64,000 nucleotides of DNA from a virus, in IMG/VR virus record IMGVR_UViG_3300043811_000050, positions 9,134 to 73,133 of that record; one strand, written 5' to 3'. Shown piece after piece: positions 46,808 to 55,812 of the stretch; the stretch's first letter is position 1; every line of letters starts with the position of its first letter. The notes under the pieces were generated by a model. The model had not been told where the DNA came from, made no database searches, and worked only from the letters and a program-made list of their open reading frames with translations. The translations under genes and the position numbers were made by a program.

Positions 46808-48441
46808 CCATAGTCGCATTTTTGTTGCTCGGTCTCCTGGCACCCCGCGAGGCGTCGGCGCAGCTTGTGCCGCACGGTTTTCCATCAGCGTTTAGCGGTG
46901 GAGGCGGCCTAACCCAGACGAGCTATTACGTCAACAACAGCGGTAGTGATTCTAGCCCTGGTACCGTTGGCAGCCCATGGCAGACACTCACCAAGGTCAA
47001 TGGCTTCACGTTTCCAACGAATTCGACCATTTTTTTCGCGGGTGGTCAGTCATTCTCCGGCACGCTTGAGATAGGAACCGGGTTCGTAACGGGGGCGCAG
47101 TTCAGCGGCACTTTAACGGTCGATTCCTATGGCACTGGACGGGCTACCATAAATGCCGGAACCGGCGACGGCTTCTATATTATAAATGTTGGAAACGTGA
47201 CTATTCAAGACCTGATCTTTACGGCATCGGGAGGCGCGAACAATCTCGGAGGGTATGTCACCAATTCTCAGGCCGGCAACACGCAACTTAGTAACGTCCT
47301 GCTAAACAACCTTGATGTGAGCGGATTCGACAAGGCACAGATAGTCCTTGGCGGCGATGCTGGGACTTCTGGGTTTACGAACTTCTCGCTGACAAACAGC
47401 GTTCTGCACGGCGCGGGGAATAGTGGATTCCAATCCTACGGCAGCGTAAGCGGAAGCTACTCGCACTACAATGTCACGCTCACGAATGTCACCACGTATG
47501 ATATCCCTGGCCACAGCGGAGTTGGCTCCGGAAGCGGAATAGTGTTGGGAGAGGTCGATGGCGCGACCGTCCAAAACAGCCTGTCCTATGGCAACGGCAC
47601 TATTGGTTTAGGGGGCGTCGGCATCTGGACCTATGACTCGAACAACATCCATTTCGTCGAGAACGAGTCACATCACAATACTAGCACCAGCGGCGACGGC
47701 GACGGGTTCGACTTCGATGGTGGAATAACTAACTCTCTTATGGAGAAAAACTATTCTCATGATAACAAGGGCAGTGGTTTCTTGCTATATGCGTATGCTG
47801 GTTTGCCATGGAGCAGTAACACTCTTCGGGATAATATCTCTCAGAATGATGGTTCTGGGGGAGCTAGCGGCATATATATTGGAAATGATGGCACGGCGGT
47901 TCAGACGGGCGCGTCGATCTACAATAATACGGTATACAATTCGAGTGGCCGCGAATGTCTTGCGATTGGCGTAGGTACCTCTTCCAATAACATCACCGCC
48001 CTTATCGCAAACAACATTTTCAATTGCGATTCAACTCCGCTGGTCGCCACTGCAGCGACATTGACAGGATCGTCAGTATCTCTACTCACCAACGACTATT
48101 ATGCGCCGACATCGTTTTCCATTACGTGGTTGGGAGCGACCTATACCAGTTTTGCCTCATGGCAGACGGCTACAGGGCAAGAGAAGATCAGTGGGACGAA
48201 CGTCGGGCTTACGTCGAACCCATTGTTGTCCGGTGCCGGGAGCGGCGGAACGTGCGGGGGATGGTCGGCGACATGCCCGTCGCAGTACGAGCTGACCTCC
48301 GGTTCGCCAATGATTGGCACCGGGCTCAACCTGACATTGTCTCCCTATAGTCTGGTAGTTGGGACAAGTGACTACTACACTAATACGATCCCGAATGGGA
48401 CTGGCACTGGCTATAATGTCGGCGCATACGGGGCACCATGA
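46792..48441 (+). CDS. Secreted right-handed beta-helix (pectin-lyase-like) protein
   Basis: Leader ending ASA|Q; 'YYV...GSDS.PGT...PWQTL.KVN', 'DGDGFDFDGG..NS..E.NYSHDN.G.G', Asn ladders. Confidence 0.85.
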   Translation: MHKILTIVAFLLLGLLAPREASAQLVPHGFPSAFSGGGGLTQTSYYVNNSGSDSSPGTVGSPWQTLTKVNGFTFPTNSTIFFAGGQSFSGTLEIGTGFVTGAQFSGTLTVDSYGTGRATINAGTGDGFYIINVGNVTIQDLIFTASGGANNLGGYVTNSQAGNTQLSNVLLNNLDVSGFDKAQIVLGGDAGTSGFTNFSLTNSVLHGAGNSGFQSYGSVSGSYSHYNVTLTNVTTYDIPGHSGVGSGSGIVLGEVDGATVQNSLSYGNGTIGLGGVGIWTYDSNNIHFVENESHHNTSTSGDGDGFDFDGGITNSLMEKNYSHDNKGSGFLLYAYAGLPWSSNTLRDNISQNDGSGGASGIYIGNDGTAVQTGASIYNNTVYNSSGRECLAIGVGTSSNNITALIANNIFNCDSTPLVATAATLTGSSVSLLTNDYYAPTSFSITWLGATYTSFASWQTATGQEKISGTNVGLTSNPLLSGAGSGGTCGGWSATCPSQYELTSGSPMIGTGLNLTLSPYSLVVGTSDYYTNTIPNGTGTGYNVGAYGAP

Positions 48442-51017
48442 GAAAAATCGCCATAGCTATTATTTTCTTTCTCGCTGTTTTCGGCGCGTTGCCGTCACAT
48501 GCGCAGTTCAACGGCTGCGCGCCGGGGTTCTGTGGCTCGTATCCGCTTTCCACGGCAGGATGCACGTCAGCTTCTACATATATCGGCCCTGGAGACAAAC
48601 AGGCTTACGCTATTTGGGCAGGGGTACGGGCCTACTCGCACGCGACGTGTGGAAAGCCGGCGCTGAATGTCTGCGACAGCACGGGCGGCTCGGACGTGTC
48701 TTGCGCTGATCTGGTAACCGACACCACGACAGGACTGATCGTCGCCAAGGCGATGCCGCCGCCTAGCTCGATCACATGCGGAGCCGTGCACAATCCTAAC
48801 TGCACCGTGAAGATCATCTATGATCAGACGGGCAACAACGCCTGCGGCGGCCCGTGCAATGCCACTCAGAACACGGTGGCGAATAGATACTACATTGACA
48901 GCTACTCTAGCTGCAGCGGGCTCTCGGCGACCATTTGCCTGTACAGCAACGTGGCGACGTCCGGCGGGTACACCATGCCTGGCTCTGCCACGTTCTCGCA
49001 GCCCTATGCGATTGAGATAATCGCATACACCGCGAACGCTAGCGCTCTCAATATCTTCATGCAGGTTAACGATACTAGGTTGTATTTTCAGACTTCATCC
49101 TCCGGCGACATCATCAGCGCGTGCGACTATACGAGTTTCGCGACGACTAATATCTACTCGAACGTGCCGACTGACTTGGTATCAACCTGCGTCGGGGGGG
49201 TAAATTCCCTGTATCAGCAGGGCGTCGTGAGCGGCAATACTGGCTCGGGCGGCGCGACGACTCAGGCAGGGACGCCGTCCGTCCTGCAAAACTCGTCGTC
49301 GCCGGTTAACTTCTGGGAGTACGGGTTTATCAACGGCAACCCGATTTCGAATATCCCAACGATACATATGGCTGCTTGTACGTTCTATGGATACACTTGT
49401 GGCGGTTCGGGATGTACTGCGGCTACTGCTTGGCTGGCGCGCACGTCTGGGCTCAGTATGACCGAGACCAATGCCTATACTACCATGATCTGTGGCATGA
49501 TTGCGGATGGAAACGGATGTGCGGCATGGAGCGGCAGCAGTGGCACTATGGACCTGCTTTACGTTTTTGCCACGAACACGACGACTACGGCAAATTTGAA
49601 TCTGTGCGGGACCGGAAATACTCTGACTCAATCAGGAACCGTTACGTTCCTTGCCGATAACTATTATCAAGGGAACGGGTCTACGGGATACTTTGATACC
49701 GGCCTGATACTTCCATCGACCGACTTCACCCAAAACAGTGCATCACTTGGAACCTATGTTCTCAACAACAGAACCAGCACGAGCCTTTCGTACTGCGAAA
49801 TTGGACATCCGACGGGGATATTTATAGCGCCGGACAACAACGCGGGCGGATATGAACAGTCCTTGCTAGAGGTAACAGGTGACTCGGCTGCAGGTCAAAC
49901 TTCTGCGCAGGGCGCGTGGATTGCAACAAGAACTGCAAGTAATGCAGTTGCTGGATATAAAAATGGAAGTTCCACGCCGATTTTGACAGGAACAACTGCG
50001 AGCGTGAGTTTTAGTGGGTCATACAGCATCTACGTTTCTTCTTGTCGCTTTGGTGCTGGCCAAACCGCGTCCAATTGGTCTGCCGATCAGATCGCTGCCA
50101 CCTTTGTCGGTGGAGCACTCACCGCAACCCAAGCTGTGGCTATCAATAATCGAATTAACGCCTACATGACTGCGCTCGGGATCAACGTGTATTCGGCGAG
50201 TTGCAGTGGCTACCAGGGTGCTGGAGATATAATTCCGTCTGCATCGGCCGGGTTCTCAGTACAGGCGTGGTCGGTGGCGACATGCGGCAGCAAGGTTGCA
50301 AATGTATGCGTGTCCGGGGTTTGCGCGGACATGTTGTCTAGTGCGATAAATGGACAGCTTGTTTCGCAGAACATCAACGGGACTGTGTGCCCGGCCACGA
50401 GTACGACTGCGTGCGTCGTTGAAAAGTGGTACGACCAGACGGCGAGTGGGCAGTGCTCGGGAAGCTGCGATCTTGGCCAATACATGACCAACCCATATAT
50501 GGTCCTGACGACAGCATGTCCGAGCCCGATTACTGTTTGCTTGATAAGCAACAGCACTGGGACTGCTGCAATTAATGCAGCGGCCGGAAACATAACCTTG
50601 CCGGTTCCGGTCACAACCATGGTCGCTGGAGCCATAGCTAGCACCGGAGCGGGAAGTTTCAATCAATACTTTGCCGTGAGCAATGGCGCACAAATAACCG
50701 CTGATGGCGGGGCAGCCAACACCGTCGATTTTAGTTGTAACGCCTTTGGGACTTCGCATTCAAATCCCACGACCGATGGCGTATTTCATTCCCTTCTTTT
50801 GGAATGCGATAGCACGACATATGGCATTTGGGTAAACGGGTCAGCTGGGACCTCATCGTCATGGACATCAGCTTCAGAAACCGGATTTCCATACGCTGGA
50901 TACACTGCCACACCAAGTCAAGCGGTGTATCTTGTCGAAGCAGGCATTTGGAAAAGTGGCGCGTCCGCTAGCGCAGCGGCTTTATACACCAACCAGCACA
51001 CAAGGTTCGGGTTCTGA
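48438..51017 (+). CDS. Secreted Cys-rich protein with tandem ConA/LamG-like (GH54-fold-like) modules
   Basis: Leader ending SHA|Q; modules 'G.GD.......RAYS...V...YDQT'; about 34 Cys by hand count. Confidence 0.7.
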   Translation: MRKIAIAIIFFLAVFGALPSHAQFNGCAPGFCGSYPLSTAGCTSASTYIGPGDKQAYAIWAGVRAYSHATCGKPALNVCDSTGGSDVSCADLVTDTTTGLIVAKAMPPPSSITCGAVHNPNCTVKIIYDQTGNNACGGPCNATQNTVANRYYIDSYSSCSGLSATICLYSNVATSGGYTMPGSATFSQPYAIEIIAYTANASALNIFMQVNDTRLYFQTSSSGDIISACDYTSFATTNIYSNVPTDLVSTCVGGVNSLYQQGVVSGNTGSGGATTQAGTPSVLQNSSSPVNFWEYGFINGNPISNIPTIHMAACTFYGYTCGGSGCTAATAWLARTSGLSMTETNAYTTMICGMIADGNGCAAWSGSSGTMDLLYVFATNTTTTANLNLCGTGNTLTQSGTVTFLADNYYQGNGSTGYFDTGLILPSTDFTQNSASLGTYVLNNRTSTSLSYCEIGHPTGIFIAPDNNAGGYEQSLLEVTGDSAAGQTSAQGAWIATRTASNAVAGYKNGSSTPILTGTTASVSFSGSYSIYVSSCRFGAGQTASNWSADQIAATFVGGALTATQAVAINNRINAYMTALGINVYSASCSGYQGAGDIIPSASAGFSVQAWSVATCGSKVANVCVSGVCADMLSSAINGQLVSQNINGTVCPATSTTACVVEKWYDQTASGQCSGSCDLGQYMTNPYMVLTTACPSPITVCLISNSTGTAAINAAAGNITLPVPVTTMVAGAIASTGAGSFNQYFAVSNGAQITADGGAANTVDFSCNAFGTSHSNPTTDGVFHSLLLECDSTTYGIWVNGSAGTSSSWTSASETGFPYAGYTATPSQAVYLVEAGIWKSGASASAAALYTNQHTRFGF

Positions 51018-53671
51018 TGAATAGGGTCATTGCTCTCATCGTCTGTGCGCTGTTTGTCCTGGGCGCTGCGGCCCATGCGCAGTTTAACCCCGGCGGCAGC
51101 GGTGGAGGCGGAGGCGGAGGCGGAGGCAGCAGCACCCCCTTTGGGAACTTCATTGATCCGACCGTACTGTTCAATGCTGACACGACCGGTACAGCCACCA
51201 CCGGGACGATCACGAACGGTACTAACTCGCTGAGCGTCGCGAGCGCCACTACATGGCTCAATGGGCAAGGCATCGCGATCGCCAATGCAGGTCCGAGCGC
51301 CACCTTCACCGGGACGGCGGGGATTACGACCATCACGGCCGCTGGTGAGTCGGTTACGGTGCCCTCCCTTACCGTGTCGGCTGTGACCGGTACAATAACA
51401 GCGGGGATGCTAGTCTCCGGGACGGGGGTGCCTGCTGGAACCTACATCGGTCAGCAGACGAGTGGCACGACCGGAGGGGCCGGTGTCTACGTCGTAAGTG
51501 CGACGACGACGGCCAGCGCCGCAAGCTTGGCCGGAAAGACAGAACTGATTGGCTGCGTCGGATCGATATCTGGGACCACGTTCACCATCGTCACTTGCGG
51601 CACAACCACAGCGCTCAACGCCTCGGCCACGGCGACGACACAGGCAGTCAACCACGACGACACCTATGCGCTCGGGCAGGCTATAGCGCTGGCGGCCCCT
51701 GGACCACCCAAGCGCCCGATCAATCTCCCCTGTGGCACCTATAATGTGACCAGCACGCTCGTACTTGCTTATCCGATAAACATATTCGGAGAGGGAAGGG
51801 TGTGCGCCACCATACAGAATCGCGGCACGACAGATGATGTTTTGAAATTGACTAATAACTACACCACCGGCGGCGGCCTGACGCTGCGAGATTTTGCTGT
51901 CTCCCAGGCTTCCGGGATTACCCCGACCAACGGGTACGGAATAAATCTGGCAGCCGCCGGGGGAGATTGCATGTCTCAGGCACAGCCGCAGACGCACATA
52001 TTCGATATGTATATCAGCGGCACATATGGGGGGATGAACATGGGGCCGGGTGTGTTAAATAGTTGGTTCAAGGACATGACTATTTATGGCTTGGGCCTTG
52101 GTCAGGCTATTTTTTATAATAATCCTCCACCATGCGGTGACAATGTTGTTGATGGTGTGTTCATGGGGGGTAACACTACATCCGGCCTTATTATAGCTAC
52201 AGCCGACACCATATCATTTGTCAACAATAAAATCCTCAATTCTCAGTTGAAATTTGTGGCCGCCACTAGTTCCATCAGCGCCGCTATGCCGATCATAGAC
52301 CGAGTACGAGTGGAAAACTTAAGCATTGAGGTAAACCCCGGTGGTCCGTCCTGTCTGATCGATTTTGGCACAAACGGTGTTTACCAAGTCATACTCATTG
52401 GAGGTGAGGCTGGCGGATCGGACGGCCAGTCGGCGCTGTTCTGCAACGCCAACAACAATATGAATGGCTATGTTTCAGGAATGGTCTCTGCTGGAACCAG
52501 CGATTATGCGGAAGGCGCCGTTAACGCGGAGTGGCCTGCCCCCATATTCCAAGGCTGTGGTACCAATGGCACAGCCGTGGGAAGCGCCCTGAGCGGCACT
52601 GTCACCATGACGTGCTCGATGGGCAGCAACATGGCGATGCGGTTTGGTGTTCCAGCGACCACCAGTAATGGAGCGACCATTGTAGTCCCAACGGTGAACT
52701 CAGGGTGGACATGCAGCGTCCAAGATGCGACTACCCCGGCCAATAGTTTTGTCCAGACTGGATGGACGATTAATATAGCGTTCTTCAAGAACATAACGGC
52801 AGGTAGCGGCGATCAACTAACGTATGCCTGTCACCGGGGTGGGCCAAATCTACCTCCTTCGTGCTGGGGCCCTGGCGATATTGCTCCTGCTCTCGCTTGG
52901 CATGGGCTGCGGGCTTATTCGTCGGCTACTTGTGGCGCTCGGTTTGCCAACGTGTGCGTTAGCGGCGTGTGCGCGGACATGGTGACAAGTTCGACCACGG
53001 GTGCGGTGGTGCCCCAGGTGATCAACAGTGTCACTTGTCCAAATTCGTCCGGCACCTGCAAGGTGGCGAAATTGTACGATCAGACTCTCGGGAGCCAGTG
53101 CACCGGGTCGTGCGATCTAGCTCAGTCCGTCACAGCGGACCAATTTGAATTTATTACTTCGACGCCTCCTTCTGGAATCTGTAAGAGTGCATCACTGTGC
53201 CTTTATGACCCAGGGACGGCCGGAACTATCAATATGCTAAGTGCCGGGTCGGCTAGTATGTCGTTGCCATTCTCACTTGAATATGTCGGGTATATGAACA
53301 CGACATCTGCAGCTCCCACACTAATTTCGATAGGAAGCGCTGGGATAGTCAATGATGGGGTCAACGCAAATCACTACTATTACTCGTGTAATTTTACCAA
53401 TGGTAATGGAGCGCTCGATCTGCTGTCCACTCAGTTGTACCCTTTTATACTTACCTGTCCAGAGGCTAACACGAGCACACTGACCGCTTATGGTGTCATT
53501 ATGCAGACTGTGGCATTTGGATCGGCTGGTACACAGAGCGGTCAGCTGGTGCTGGGGTCGGCGAATAATGTGCCCAAGATTGTCGTGGAGGACGGCTTCT
53601 GGAACAGCGATCAAACTATTAACACGCCATTGCTCGGGTCCAATACGACTGCGTTCTGGGGCATCCTATGA
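51017..53671 (+). CDS. Secreted beta-helix (tailspike-like) protein with C-terminal ConA/LamG-like module
   Basis: Leader ending AHA|Q; 'DDT.AL..AI......I.LP.GTY.V...L......I.GEG' Pectate_lyase_3-type entry motif. Confidence 0.75.
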   Translation: MNRVIALIVCALFVLGAAAHAQFNPGGSGGGGGGGGGSSTPFGNFIDPTVLFNADTTGTATTGTITNGTNSLSVASATTWLNGQGIAIANAGPSATFTGTAGITTITAAGESVTVPSLTVSAVTGTITAGMLVSGTGVPAGTYIGQQTSGTTGGAGVYVVSATTTASAASLAGKTELIGCVGSISGTTFTIVTCGTTTALNASATATTQAVNHDDTYALGQAIALAAPGPPKRPINLPCGTYNVTSTLVLAYPINIFGEGRVCATIQNRGTTDDVLKLTNNYTTGGGLTLRDFAVSQASGITPTNGYGINLAAAGGDCMSQAQPQTHIFDMYISGTYGGMNMGPGVLNSWFKDMTIYGLGLGQAIFYNNPPPCGDNVVDGVFMGGNTTSGLIIATADTISFVNNKILNSQLKFVAATSSISAAMPIIDRVRVENLSIEVNPGGPSCLIDFGTNGVYQVILIGGEAGGSDGQSALFCNANNNMNGYVSGMVSAGTSDYAEGAVNAEWPAPIFQGCGTNGTAVGSALSGTVTMTCSMGSNMAMRFGVPATTSNGATIVVPTVNSGWTCSVQDATTPANSFVQTGWTINIAFFKNITAGSGDQLTYACHRGGPNLPPSCWGPGDIAPALAWHGLRAYSSATCGARFANVCVSGVCADMVTSSTTGAVVPQVINSVTCPNSSGTCKVAKLYDQTLGSQCTGSCDLAQSVTADQFEFITSTPPSGICKSASLCLYDPGTAGTINMLSAGSASMSLPFSLEYVGYMNTTSAAPTLISIGSAGIVNDGVNANHYYYSCNFTNGNGALDLLSTQLYPFILTCPEANTSTLTAYGVIMQTVAFGSAGTQSGQLVLGSANNVPKIVVEDGFWNSDQTINTPLLGSNTTAFWGIL

Positions 53672-55812
53672 GCCGCAAGCGCTGTCCTTACGGGCCGACG
53701 AGCGAGGCTGACGCCGCCGCGCTGCGGGCGGCAAAGGAAAAGCGTTTTCTCGACGAGCGCCTCGCACATTTAATGTGGGGGCAAAAAGTTCTGACTGCGG
53801 CGAAGGCCACGGCGCTGGGCGCACTCGCGCTTGCCAGTGTGGCGTTCGTTGCGTTGCCGTCCGACAGGGTTTCCCGAAGAACGGCGCTGGGCGCACTCGC
53901 CAGTGTGGCGCTCATTGCGTTGCCGTCCGACAGGGCCGAGGCTTGGTTTCCTCACGGTACAGCCAGCGGCCCGCCTCCGATGACGCCGCAGTGGCCCGTG
54001 GCCCTGGGCGGATATACTAACTATTGGGTCGCTGATCCAAGCGCCGGGGGGAATGATACCACCAATACCGGAACAAGCATGTCGTCGCCGTGGGCGACTG
54101 TTTCTAAGGTTAACACCGCGCTGGCTGGAGCAACGGGGAACGTTGCTGTAAACTTTCTTAGCACGTTTACCTATCAATGCCCGCTCAACGGGGCCGTACT
54201 CACTCCGTCCGGGACGACTAACTTTGCGTATCGTGGGTTGGTCGGCGCGACGACCCCTCCGATAATCTCAGCCAACGGCGTGGCCAGCAATCTCGGGATG
54301 GTTCGCACCGGAAGTGGTGTGCTTTTGGAGGGCATATCATTCCAAGGAAACTCAAACTCGTATGGGGTAGTGACAGGCGGGTCTGGTCTGGAAATTTCCC
54401 ATTGCTGGGTTCAGAGTTTCCCTGTGGCAGGCGGCGGTGGGGTCGCTATTGCGGTTAACAACACGAATACAAACATTCATGACTCTGTAATAGGTGGTCT
54501 AAGCCCGACCGACCAAACCAGTGTTGGTGTCATATATAACGCTGTCAGTGGTTCGGTTCTAAAGAACAATACCATAGGGTATTGTGGTGGTAACCAAGCT
54601 AATCCAACACAGTATGGATTTGGCGTCCACACAACGGACAGCACGCTCACAGGAGTCCCCGGATTTACATATTCCGGTGGCGTTCCTACCAACGCCCTTT
54701 TGGAAATAGCCTTTAACATAGTTCATGACTGCGGGGGGAATCTTACTTCGACGTTCGGTGGCGGCCCCAGCGGGATTGAGCTGGGCGGCGGTAATCGTCT
54801 ATGGTGCCACGACAACATCGTTTATAACATACAGTCTGTGTCGTCGTTTACGGGTGGAACTGACTTTGATCCAATAGACTGCGGGGATACTTACGGGACT
54901 ACTTTGACTGAGCGAAATCTTTGCTACAATTGCTATGGAGGTCTAATTGACTTTGGCGATGCTAATTCTGGTCCAATAATCTGTAGGTATAATCTCGTTG
55001 TCAATTGCGGAACATCTAATGATATCTTTGCTGGTGCGGTACAGGGAGAGGGAACTAATACCATTCATCAATGGTATGGCAACACATTTGTAACTATGGC
55101 ACTCAACGGAAACCCGGCGCCAGTTGAAATATTCATAGGCGCTGGACTATCTAGCGCTAGCGGGTTCTTTGCAAATAACCTTGTCTATGTCACGTTCCCG
55201 TGGAAGATATTCGATACCGATGGGCTTAGCTCGACCGTTTCGTTGACCACCAATTGTTGGTTCAATTCGGTTTCTCAGGTTAACGGTCGTCTGTATGATT
55301 TTGGGGGGGCGAGTACCTACACGAGTTATGCGGCAGCTAAAGCTGCTCAATCGTTGTTTGACCAGAACGGCGTTACGGGTGACCCCAAGCTCGCTAACGC
55401 CATATCCACGGCCACATGGAGCGGTGGCCAGATGACCATAGGCACCGCCGTGCCTCATGGGCAGACGGGGACATTTCAGGTCACGATTGATGGCAACAGT
55501 TACTGGAATGGCTCGGTTTACAATATCACTGCAAACGGTACGTTTACGGCCACCGTGGTTGATTCGACGCACTTTACTTATCCGCTGGCGTCCAATCCAA
55601 CTGGACCCGGATTGGCCTCCCCTGGTGTGTGGGCAGTTGGGGCAACGAGCGGGCTATATAATGCTAATTCATATAAGATAAATAGTTCGTCGTCGTGTTA
55701 TCGAACGGGTGTCGATGTTGCTACGATGTTTGGTGTCGATGCCGGATCGACGGACTTCTATGGGAATCCCATTAATCCGGCTTTAGCCAGCATAGGCTGT
55801 CACCAGCCGTGA
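53668..55812 (+). CDS. Beta-helix protein with duplicated, Tat-like leader
   Basis: 'SRRTALGALA..AEA|W'; 'YWV.....GNDT.N.GTS..SPWAT.SKVN'; N/C ladders; C-terminal 'D.YG.P....IG'. Confidence 0.75.
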   Translation: MSRKRCPYGPTSEADAAALRAAKEKRFLDERLAHLMWGQKVLTAAKATALGALALASVAFVALPSDRVSRRTALGALASVALIALPSDRAEAWFPHGTASGPPPMTPQWPVALGGYTNYWVADPSAGGNDTTNTGTSMSSPWATVSKVNTALAGATGNVAVNFLSTFTYQCPLNGAVLTPSGTTNFAYRGLVGATTPPIISANGVASNLGMVRTGSGVLLEGISFQGNSNSYGVVTGGSGLEISHCWVQSFPVAGGGGVAIAVNNTNTNIHDSVIGGLSPTDQTSVGVIYNAVSGSVLKNNTIGYCGGNQANPTQYGFGVHTTDSTLTGVPGFTYSGGVPTNALLEIAFNIVHDCGGNLTSTFGGGPSGIELGGGNRLWCHDNIVYNIQSVSSFTGGTDFDPIDCGDTYGTTLTERNLCYNCYGGLIDFGDANSGPIICRYNLVVNCGTSNDIFAGAVQGEGTNTIHQWYGNTFVTMALNGNPAPVEIFIGAGLSSASGFFANNLVYVTFPWKIFDTDGLSSTVSLTTNCWFNSVSQVNGRLYDFGGASTYTSYAAAKAAQSLFDQNGVTGDPKLANAISTATWSGGQMTIGTAVPHGQTGTFQVTIDGNSYWNGSVYNITANGTFTATVVDSTHFTYPLASNPTGPGLASPGVWAVGATSGLYNANSYKINSSSSCYRTGVDVATMFGVDAGSTDFYGNPINPALASIGCHQP

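Noticed and set aside
43212-55812. Captured bacterial DNA or misassembly explaining the secreted cluster
   Set aside because: Genes are co-oriented and overlap-coupled into the phage protease gene, with no host housekeeping or transposase genes; read mapping would still be needed for certainty.
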